64,000 bases of DNA from an uncultured Chloroflexia bacterium. GTDB lineage: Bacteria > Chloroflexota > Anaerolineae > Anaerolineales > Villigracilaceae. How positions within the stretch are numbered: the stretch's first letter is position 1; every line of letters begins with the position of its first letter. The position numbers were made by a program, and so were the translations under genes. The notes below the pieces were generated by a model. It was not told the DNA's origin. It saw nothing but the letters and a program-made list of their open reading frames with translations, and searched no databases. Location of the stretch: positions 183,502 to 247,501 of the forward strand of contig CAWAVQ010000007.1 in NCBI GenBank assembly GCA_963785535.1, read 5' to 3'. This document shows positions 35,040 through 42,390 of this stretch, piece by piece.

Positions 35040-35898
35040 GAAACTGTTTAAAAAGTTAGCGTGGAGCCAGTCGCCGAAGCAGAAGTCGCGTCATAGCGAT
35101 GTAGATCATGGCTTCACTCGATTCGGTCAAGACTTCATAATCTTTGCTCAAGCGGCGATTAGCATCAAACCAGGCAAAAGTGCGCTCAACAACCCAGCGC
35201 CTGGGCAAGACCTGGAACCCTTTTTGTCCTGCTGGTGGCAGCACAGGCTCAATACGGAAACGGAAGCGAGCTTGCACCCAGTTCAACAATTCGCCACGAT
35301 AGGTGCCATCAGCCCAGATCTTGCGTAAATTCTTGCAGAAGCCGCCTAAACCGCTCAGGAGTTGTCTGGCGCCGGCTGGATCTGACACAGAAGCGGCCGT
35401 TACAAGGACACCGAGTACCAATCCAAGGGTATCAACCAAGAGATGACGCTTTCTTCCATTCACATGTTTTCCAGCATCGTATCCGCGTACTCCAGGAACC
35501 AGGGTGCCTTCAACACTTTGACTGTCGATACATCCAGCCGTTGGATGTTTGTGCCGTTCCGCCTTCTCCCGTACGCGTGCTCGCAAGGTATCATGAATAC
35601 GTTTCCAAAGGCCAGTCTTGCGCCATTCTCGAAAATAGAAGTAGACACTTTGCCATTTTGGATATTCTTTGGGCATCATGCGCCATTGGATACCACCAAC
35701 CACCAAATACAAAATCGCATTGACTACCTGGCGCATGTCAAGCGTTCGTGGTCGTCCACCCGGTTTTGGCGCTGGAAGCATTTCTTTGATAAGATTCCAT
35801 TGACTGTCGGTCAAATCTGTGGGGTATAGTTGTTTGGTCTGCATAACCGCCAACTATCCCACCTGATTGCCCGACAGTCAAACCTTTTAAACAGTCTC
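35040..35898 (-). mobile_element. IS5-family insertion sequence (859 bp)
   Basis: Terminal IRs GAAACTGTTTAAAA / GAGACTGTTTAAAA. 3-bp direct repeat TTA (35037-35039 and 35899-35901). Confidence 0.8.
35056..35853 (-). CDS. IS5-family DDE transposase
   Basis: 265 aa. N-terminus LTDSQWNLIKEMLPAPKPGGRPR (DUF4096-type) and a DDE domain (...VDTLGL...IWADGTYRG...VERTFAW). Confidence 0.85.
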   Translation of the reverse strand: MAVMQTKQLYPTDLTDSQWNLIKEMLPAPKPGGRPRTLDMRQVVNAILYLVVGGIQWRMMPKEYPKWQSVYFYFREWRKTGLWKRIHDTLRARVREKAERHKHPTAGCIDSQSVEGTLVPGVRGYDAGKHVNGRKRHLLVDTLGLVLGVLVTAASVSDPAGARQLLSGLGGFCKNLRKIWADGTYRGELLNWVQARFRFRIEPVLPPAGQKGFQVLPRRWVVERTFAWFDANRRLSKDYEVLTESSEAMIYIAMTRLLLRRLAPR

Positions 35899-35902
35899 TT
35901 AG

Positions 35903-37472
35903 TATTACAGCGCAAGGTTCGGAGCGAGAGTAGCCAGTTGAGCCACTTTCGCCTTGCGATGAGAACGATAAGCGACAAAATTGCGTTTCTGGTAATACCG
36001 CACTCGCTCCAAAGCGGCCTGAATATCAAAGACAGGCGCTGGCAGGACAGCGGCCAGCAACAGACGGACTTGATAAATCGTGAGAGCAGGCGACTGTTCC
36101 TGAAAACGAATTCTTAAACGAACCAGGAAGTGATGAGCGAGAGAGACCAGGAGCATATGATGATGCCATCCCAACCAACTGCGCATTTCGTAATGATCCA
36201 TTCCAACTTCGCCTTTGGCTTCTTCAAAGATGGTTTCGATCGGCCAACGCATGCCGCTAATGCGGACGAACTCGCTCAAAGGCATATCGGCGGGAGCATT
36301 GCTGAAGTAGTATTTGATCACCGACGGGTCATCCAGATTGCGGCGGATGATCAGCCACACTTCGCCGGCGGGCAGGTTGCCGCGCGACTCGGTCACGCGT
36401 AGGAAAGCGAATTCACAAGCAACGGGGCCTTTACTGCCTTCTTTGATAATGGCTTGAACCCAGTCATGTTTGGGAATATTCCTCACCAGTTTCTTAACCT
36501 GAACCGGGTGTTGGTTCGAATAGCGCAAACGTAAGCGGGTGGGACGACGACCACGCCCCTTCCATTTGGGCACATACACTTTGGGTTGGGTGCGCCAGAT
36601 CGGGGTCGTACTCTTGATCTCGGTGAAATACCACTTTCCCAAGTCGGCCACTCCATCCCGAAAAGCGGGCAAATCCCCGTACAATTCGTCCGCCGCCACC
36701 CAGGAAAAGGGCAAAGTACCTCGTTTTTTGGCTTTTTGCAGCAATTCCAGCCCGATTTCCGGCTTAGTCTTGTATTCCAAGCCTTCTGGAACGCCGCACG
36801 CCTTGCGTCGCTCGGCATGCTCTGCTTCTCCTGTGCCTGCGGCACTGGCGCAGGCAAACCACTCATCGGGCATGAACAATTGGCCCTCGACCAAACTGTA
36901 GCCTTTGCGGCTGGCATACCCCAAGTACACGCCCACCTGCCCGTTTGCCACCTTGCCCACCGATCCGCAATATTGCCGCGCCACGCCCACCGAACTATCG
37001 CCCTGCTTCACTGCGCTCGATTCGTCAATCAGCGCCACCCCATCCTCTTCGCCCAGCATTTCACCCATCAGTTGTTGATGAATGCCGATCACAGGCTCCG
37101 CTTCCCACGGGCTTTGCCCCACAAAGTATTGCTGACTTCGCACCTTCTCTCCCAAACCCAGCGCCATCTGTTCGACATTCTTGCGCGTGGCATTGCCCAG
37201 CAAGCCGTGTACATAGACTTTGCTTCGTTTCAATTGTTCCACTCGCTGAAAGGCAGGTTCAAACCGTTCCATGTATTTCGTCATTTCGTCCAAAAATCGC
37301 TCAACATCTTCCTGACTCAAATTGCATTCGGGCGCAGGACAAGTCTGGGTTACAATTTCCGCAGGCATGGTGTTCTTTGTCTCCTTCCCACTTGGCCGTG
37401 GTTGGAGAAAGATACCATGCCTTCCTATTCCAGACTACTCAACCTGCCTGCTCGCAACTTTGCGCTGTAATA
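35903..37472 (-). mobile_element. IS701-family insertion sequence (1570 bp)
   Basis: Terminal IRs TATTACAGCGCAAgGTT / TATTACAGCGCAAaGTT. Flanked by TTAG (35899-35902 and 37473-37476). Confidence 0.75.
35905..37368 (-). CDS. IS701-family DDE transposase
   Basis: 487 aa. [35 protein letters not shown]...[10 protein letters not shown] is an IS701-type N-terminus. C-terminus [25 protein letters not shown]. Confidence 0.8.
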   Translation of the reverse strand: MPAEIVTQTCPAPECNLSQEDVERFLDEMTKYMERFEPAFQRVEQLKRSKVYVHGLLGNATRKNVEQMALGLGEKVRSQQYFVGQSPWEAEPVIGIHQQLMGEMLGEEDGVALIDESSAVKQGDSSVGVARQYCGSVGKVANGQVGVYLGYASRKGYSLVEGQLFMPDEWFACASAAGTGEAEHAERRKACGVPEGLEYKTKPEIGLELLQKAKKRGTLPFSWVAADELYGDLPAFRDGVADLGKWYFTEIKSTTPIWRTQPKVYVPKWKGRGRRPTRLRLRYSNQHPVQVKKLVRNIPKHDWVQAIIKEGSKGPVACEFAFLRVTESRGNLPAGEVWLIIRRNLDDPSVIKYYFSNAPADMPLSEFVRISGMRWPIETIFEEAKGEVGMDHYEMRSWLGWHHHMLLVSLAHHFLVRLRIRFQEQSPALTIYQVRLLLAAVLPAPVFDIQAALERVRYYQKRNFVAYRSHRKAKVAQLATLAPNLAL

Positions 37473-37523
37473 TTAGGTTTCTTCTCTTTGGTATTGCAAT
37501 ATCGAATAGTTTAGGAATTCCTT

Positions 37524-38144
37524 ATGCCTAAAATCCCACCTCAACTCACACAAGCTGTTTTTTACATTTATCCTTCTGAAGATGATGCAATAAATAATGC
37601 AGAGTTTGGCGCAACTGGTTTTTTCTTTGGCGTAAATTCCGAATCTTTAGATGGAATGTATTATTATGCTGTAACAAATTCTCATGTAATTTTTCAAGAT
37701 GGAATGGAAAATCCAACAATTAGAGTAAACACAACTGAAAATAAGTTTGATGTTATAAAAACATCACAAAATAATTGGGTAAGACACTTTGCGGGTGATG
37801 ATATTGCTATCTGTCCAATCCAAATAGAATCTGACAAAATTGCTGGCGGTTGTTTTACAAGGGAATTCATTGCCAATGAAGATTTTCTAAAAAAACATGC
37901 TGTTGGAGCTGGGGATGATGTTTTCATGATCGGAAGGTTTAGAGTTCACGCTGGGCGTTCAAGAAATTTACCGGTGGTAAGATTTGGAAACATTGCAGCA
38001 ATGAACGATGAAGGTCTTTATAATGATGCCACTAAGCTCTATCAAGAAAGTTATTTAGTTGAAATGCGGTCAATTGCTGGATTTAGTGGTTCTCCTGTAT
38101 TTATATACTCACCTTACGCGAATTTGAGTACACTAGGTACATGA
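37524..38144 (+). pseudogene. Trypsin-like (S1/Trypsin_2) serine protease, 3' end cut off by an IS at 38108
   Basis: Catalytic triad contexts VTNSHV, GDDIAI and GFSGSPVF. The ORF runs into the IS inverted repeat and stops at 38144. Confidence 0.7.
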
Positions 38145-39220
38145 AAAACGGCAAACTTCTCGACCTGTACAGTGATTACTTGATCAGTGCTTTCGGACAA
38201 ACAACAGCTACGGGGTTATCGTCCCTGTTGAATGGAGAAATCAGCCATGATCAAGTGCAACGCTCGTTGGCGGGTGAGCAACAAACATCGGCGGATTTGT
38301 GGCGGATTGCCAAGCCACACGTTCGCAAGATTGAGAGTGAAGACGGTGTCGCTATCGTAGATGACAGTATTGCCGAGAAGCCATACACCGATGAGAATGA
38401 CATCATTTGCTGGCACTATGATCACGCTCAACAACGAACTGTCAAGGGCATCAACTTTGTCACCTGCTTATATCATAGTCAGGGCGTATCGCTGCCCGTT
38501 GGCTTTGAACTGGTCCGGAAAACGCAACACTACATTGATCCGAAGAATGGGAAAGAAAAACGTCGTTCTGACAAAACCAAGAACGAAATGTACCGAGATT
38601 TACTGCAACAGACGGTGAAAAACCAAATTCCTTTCAAATATGCACTCAACGATATCTGGTTTGCCTCTGCCGAAAACATGAACTTCGTCAAAATCACACT
38701 CAAAAAGGAGTTCGTTATGCCACTCAAAGGCAATCGCAAAGTGGCACTGAGTGTGGATGCCAAACAGCAGGGACGTTACCAACGAGTGGACACGCTTCCG
38801 CTAGAGCCGATGCAACCTGTTACAGCGTATCTGGAAGGTGTTGTATTTGCACTCCTTCTGGTCAAGCAAGTCTTCACAAACGAAGATGGTTCGACAGGCA
38901 TTCAGTATCTGGTCACCAGCGATACCACCTTGGACGGTAACGGGATTACCACAATCTATCAAAAACGATGGAACGTGGAACCTTATCACAAATCACTCAA
39001 ACAAAATGCTTCGTTGGAAAAATCACCTACCCAAACGGTGATTACTCAAACCAATCATTTCTTTGCAGCTTTGTGTGGCTATATCAAACTCGAACTGCTA
39101 AAAGGCGATACCCAACTCAATCACTTTGCTCTCAAATCAAAACTCTATTTACGTGCTATCCAATCAGCTTATGCTACTTTACAGGAATTCAACCCTGCGC
39201 GTTTGACTGCGTAAGGTGAG
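38108..39220 (+). mobile_element. IS4/IS701-superfamily insertion sequence (1113 bp)
   Basis: Perfect 12-bp IRs CTCACCTTACGC (38108-38119 and the complement of 39209-39220). Flanked by TTATATA on both sides (38101-38107 and 39221-39227). Confidence 0.75.
38141..39214 (+). CDS. DDE transposase (IS4 superfamily, Y-2-R-3-E-6-K motif)
   Basis: 357 aa. IYQKRWNVEPYHKSLKQ matches the YREK signature. DDSIAEK and LNDIWFAS look like D-residue contexts. Confidence 0.75.
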   Translation: MKNGKLLDLYSDYLISAFGQTTATGLSSLLNGEISHDQVQRSLAGEQQTSADLWRIAKPHVRKIESEDGVAIVDDSIAEKPYTDENDIICWHYDHAQQRTVKGINFVTCLYHSQGVSLPVGFELVRKTQHYIDPKNGKEKRRSDKTKNEMYRDLLQQTVKNQIPFKYALNDIWFASAENMNFVKITLKKEFVMPLKGNRKVALSVDAKQQGRYQRVDTLPLEPMQPVTAYLEGVVFALLLVKQVFTNEDGSTGIQYLVTSDTTLDGNGITTIYQKRWNVEPYHKSLKQNASLEKSPTQTVITQTNHFFAALCGYIKLELLKGDTQLNHFALKSKLYLRAIQSAYATLQEFNPARLTA

Positions 39221-39508
39221 TTATATATATTCACCCTCTATTTTCAGCCAGAATTCAATGACGTACCAAGTGTAAGCATGGGGACTCTTGGCAAATTAGA
39301 AATTGAAATTCAACTAAAGCTTTTAGGGATTCAATGGGGGCAAATTTTCTACAAAACTAGAGCAGAAGATGAACACGGTCAAAAATACAAAATGAATGTA
39401 GATAGTGCGATGGAAGGTGTTGTCCCTATCCAAAAATTAATGGATTTGATTGACAGCGATGAAATGATTGAAATGAGAAGAAAATCTGACGAAATGAACG
39501 AAACCTAA
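39221..39508 (+). pseudogene. Probable 3' remnant of the IS-disrupted protease gene
   Basis: The frame is open from 39221. KLLGIQWGQIF resembles the (V/L)xG(I/V)xxxG strand that follows the GxSGSP serine in trypsin-fold proteases. The junction frame depends on the true target-duplication length within a TA repeat. Confidence 0.4.
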
Positions 39509-39631
39509 CAAAGTGTGCACGCGGACGACTGGATTCTCACCGTCAAAATGGCTTTTTCGTGGACTTGGGTTTTGCCCGTTTCGTGGGTAAGTCCACGTCC
39601 CTCCGACCGCCGGAAACGCGGGCCGTTTGGC
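39503..39631 (+). repeat. attC-like site (129 bp)
   Basis: ACCTAAC overlaps the TAA stop. The site ends cgcgggccGTTTGGC. Imperfect long stem gcggacgactggattctcac / gtgggtaagtccacgtccctccgaccgc. Confidence 0.55.
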
Positions 39632-39668
39632 AGCAATTTCATTGGTGTATACCTAAAGGAATCTAAAA

Positions 39669-40334
39669 ATGATAGATTTACGACACGTTGAATGGAACAA
39701 ACCCGGAACGCCATGCGTTAACATTGTGGAATCACCGTCCTCACAGGATTTACTTTTGGAATGTCAGGAGGGGCGTGCATTGCAGGCCGCACTTTACCAG
39801 GCGCGTATTCCCTGCCGCTATTATCTTGCAACAAACAAAAACACGTTCACGAGTGCCCTTCAATTTATTGCCCAGCAGCGACAATTGGTACCGCAGACCA
39901 TTGCACTTCACGTCTCGTGTCATGGAAACGAAGACGGAATAGCGCTGACTGACGAAGATTTCGTTGCGTGGGACGAATTGCGAAAGATTCTTCTTGGATT
40001 TGCACGCGAGGCGATGGCTTACCATGAGGTAGGTAAAATCTCATCAATTCTTTTATGCATGTCCTCATGTTCAGGGCTATCTGCACAAAAAATGGTTGAA
40101 AGCGAGGAACGCCCTTTCATGTCCCTTGTTGCGCCCATTCGGGAGGTGCTTTGGTCAGATTGCCTTACTTCATTTTTAGTGTTTTACAATCTTTTCCTCA
40201 TTAAAAATGCTGCCCTCGGCGAGGCGGTGAGCGCTATGAATGTATCAGCAGGAATCGAAGACTTGTTTCAAACAGTGGACTTAAGCGATCATCTTAAATA
40301 CGTGGTGAGTACTGGAGATACAGACAATATATGA
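39669..40334 (+). CDS. Caspase/CHAT-like His-Cys dyad protein (tentative)
   Basis: IALHVSCHGNEDGIAL ... ILLCMSSCSGL resembles the H(G) and C catalytic strands of peptidase C14/CHAT folds. 221 aa, no other motifs. Confidence 0.4.
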   Translation: MIDLRHVEWNKPGTPCVNIVESPSSQDLLLECQEGRALQAALYQARIPCRYYLATNKNTFTSALQFIAQQRQLVPQTIALHVSCHGNEDGIALTDEDFVAWDELRKILLGFAREAMAYHEVGKISSILLCMSSCSGLSAQKMVESEERPFMSLVAPIREVLWSDCLTSFLVFYNLFLIKNAALGEAVSAMNVSAGIEDLFQTVDLSDHLKYVVSTGDTDNI

Positions 40335-40407
40335 GCCGAACCGCCACTTCGAGAGGGAACTTTGCTCCACTGCCTCTCCGCAAAAGCCCCTCAAGCAGGC
40401 GTTGGGC
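40335..40407 (+). repeat. attC-like site (73 bp, best-formed)
   Basis: GCCGAAC-c-GCC...GGC-GTTGGGC. Outer boxes pair 6 of 7. Inner stems CTT/AAG and GAGG/CCTC with bulges. Starts 1 nt after the stop and ends 39 nt before the next ATG/GTG. Confidence 0.65.
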
Positions 40408-40445
40408 ATCGAACCTAAAACAATATTGAGGTGAGTAGGTGAATC

Positions 40446-41234
40446 GTGGAATTGTTGGCATACACAACTACAAAAATATCTTGGAAACTCCTCAGTTCTG
40501 CGCTATCGCGCGCGCGGGCTTCTTCAGGGGACATCGAACGAATTGACTTAAATTTAGAAGCTCTCTCAAGCATTGTATTATCTTGTGTAGCTCTTGAAGC
40601 TTTTGTAAACGAACTATCTTCCTTGTCAAATGCTTTTCTATTCAATTTTGAACAGGAGGATGAAACTCGGTATCTGGAAATCGACAAGCAAGAAAGTATC
40701 ATTGGTGTGGATTGGCGCAAGTGCGAAGAAGTGGCGAAAATCAAAGATAGTAAAAAAGATTCATTTTATGAGAGATACAAACTATTGCTTAAGGTGTTGG
40801 ATATTGAACAGCCACCTTTTCTTCAAAAAATTTGGTACTTGAAAGAATTAAGAAATGGACTTGTGCATTTCAAATTGGTTGACAAACCAATTGTTGATGA
40901 TGAAGATGGAGTAGTAAGGTTTGCGCAAACTCCTCCAGAAGTGTTTAACCATTTGAAAAATTATTCAGTAATAGGTCAGCCGATTATCGCTCCTGAAGGA
41001 AACGATGGCAGTGTTGAATGGACACTTAGAATGTGCACTAGTGCAATGGCAGCTTGGTCCATAGATTTGATATTGGACGCTATGATTTATGTCATCAATT
41101 CAATTCCAAATGGGACTCTCAAAGACTTCATCGTCAAGGCTTACGCAGCTAGGGACAAATCGTTTGTTCATATACTTCGAAAGGGAAAGTCTGATGTCGA
41201 GTTATGGATAACTGATTTATATAGTAAGTCATAA
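40446..41234 (+). CDS. HEPN-like protein (R-x4-H motif; tentative)
   Basis: All-helical 262-aa protein with LKELRNGLVHFKL, i.e. the Rx4-6H HEPN signature in its usual helix context. Confidence 0.4.
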   Translation: MELLAYTTTKISWKLLSSALSRARASSGDIERIDLNLEALSSIVLSCVALEAFVNELSSLSNAFLFNFEQEDETRYLEIDKQESIIGVDWRKCEEVAKIKDSKKDSFYERYKLLLKVLDIEQPPFLQKIWYLKELRNGLVHFKLVDKPIVDDEDGVVRFAQTPPEVFNHLKNYSVIGQPIIAPEGNDGSVEWTLRMCTSAMAAWSIDLILDAMIYVINSIPNGTLKDFIVKAYAARDKSFVHILRKGKSDVELWITDLYSKS

Positions 41235-41248
41235 GTCTTCCAATCTAT

Positions 41249-41479
41249 GCCCAACACGGCGTGCGCGCGGACTCCGCAAAGAGCGCGGGACATTTCCCAT
41301 GCGGGGACGATGTCCTTTCCCCCCTTTCGGGGGCCTTCGGCAGGATGCTCCGCGATCCCCTAGGGGGACGATGTCCCTTCCCCTCTTTAGGGGGGCCTTA
41401 TCCCATGCGGGGCACAGGTCGGCAGGGGCGCTATCCCACTCCGCTACGCTTCGGGGGCAATGCCTCGAGCCCGTTGGCT
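41249..41479 (+). repeat. Long attC-like site with two copies of the GC mini-hairpin unit
   Basis: GCCCAAC-ac-GGCG...GAGCC-c-GTTGGCT. Internal ggggacgatgtcctttcccccctttcgggggccttcggcaggatg and a second degenerate copy. Confidence 0.5.
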
Positions 41480-41520
41480 GGCGCTTGGTACAATAGGAGG
41501 CGTAATTAAGGGCAATTTCC

Positions 41521-41856
41521 ATGATTCCAGATGTTCAGCTAAGTAAACGCGAAAAGGAGGTGCTCAAACTTGTTTTGCAAGGTAGGAGCAACAAGCAGAT
41601 TGCCTGGTCTCTTGGTATAGCTGTTCGCACAGTTGAATTTCATTTGAAAAATATTTATACCAAATTTCAAGTGAACTCCAGAATAGAGCTGTTTTTGAAA
41701 CTGGGGCAGGCCCCAGGTGCATCGCGAAAATCGAAGAACTGGGGTATTCCACAGTTGATAAAGGGTGGAAAAAAACCGAAAATGGAGACAGGTTCAATCC
41801 GCTCATGGATTGGACCAGATTTAAAGGGGCTGTCTCTGTTATCGGTAAGGAGTTGA
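41521..41856 (+). CDS. Small LuxR-type HTH protein
   Basis: LSKREKEVLKLVLQGRSNKQIAWSLGIAVRTVEFHLKNIYTKF. The tail after the HTH crosses an A8 run (41768-41775) and may be frameshifted. Confidence 0.6.
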   Translation: MIPDVQLSKREKEVLKLVLQGRSNKQIAWSLGIAVRTVEFHLKNIYTKFQVNSRIELFLKLGQAPGASRKSKNWGIPQLIKGGKKPKMETGSIRSWIGPDLKGLSLLSVRS

Positions 41857-41858
41857 TT

Positions 41859-42146
41859 ATGAAAGCTCTATTGAAGAACCCCAGTGCTTTTCTTCCACTT
41901 GTGATGTCGTTTGGCGCCCTGGCTACAGTACTTATTTATGTCGCCCTCTTCGGGCCCGCCCCCCAGGCCGATGAGGGAGCCGCGGCCCATATCTGGCAGA
42001 TACTCATGGCTGCACAAATACCGATCATTGTGTTCTTCGCCATCAAGTGGCTGCCACGCACACCAAAACAGGCACTGCTCGTGTTGGCGCTGCAAGGCGG
42101 TGCCGCGCTCATGGCACTTGCGCCCGTTTACCTTCTCAAATTCTAG
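41859..42146 (+). CDS. Small 3-TM membrane protein
   Basis: ATG 41859 is 6 nt after AAGGAG. Sequence MKALLKNPSAFLPLVMSFGALATVLIYVALF... Confidence 0.55.
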   Translation: MKALLKNPSAFLPLVMSFGALATVLIYVALFGPAPQADEGAAAHIWQILMAAQIPIIVFFAIKWLPRTPKQALLVLALQGGAALMALAPVYLLKF

Positions 42147-42184
42147 CAGATCACAGGTTGCCTTCTACACATAGACGCGAAGCG

Positions 42185-42251
42185 CTCTAACAATGGCATT
42201 GGCGGATAAACCGGAGCGTTGTCCGTTCATGCCGAAATATCAAAGTTAGAC
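42185..42251 (+). repeat. Short attC-like site, followed by a truncated one (AGCCAAC at 42266)
   Basis: CTCTAAC ... GTTAGAC pairs in 6 of 7 positions. Inner GGCAT/ATGCC stem. The next site starts at 42266 but has no recognisable 3' core before the minus-strand pseudogene. Confidence 0.4.
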
Positions 42252-42390
42252 GTTTGTATAAAGCCAGCCAACATAGTGTGCGCGTGGAGCAGACGGGCTG
42301 GATTACCCGACGCCCACGCACCCCCCTATACGGGGACAGTCGCGATGGGAAAAGGTACCATTCCGGTTTCTAACCAAGGCGTAAACTCGC

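Noticed and set aside
29970-41479. CRISPR array interpretation of the recurring GC-rich repeats
   Set aside because: The repeats are 70-250 bp imperfect palindromes separated by 0.5-1.7-kb protein-coding ORFs. They are not short identical repeats with uniform 30-40-bp spacers, and no cas genes are present.
41700-41860. LuxR HTH ORF and the downstream membrane ORF being one frameshifted gene
   Set aside because: The alternative frame reads ...LGYSTVDKGWKKTENG... across an A8 run and continues into ORF 41805-42146, which is suggestive. However, the membrane ORF has its own strong AAGGAG-ATG start at 41859 and the LuxR ORF has a clean stop. The evidence is insufficient.
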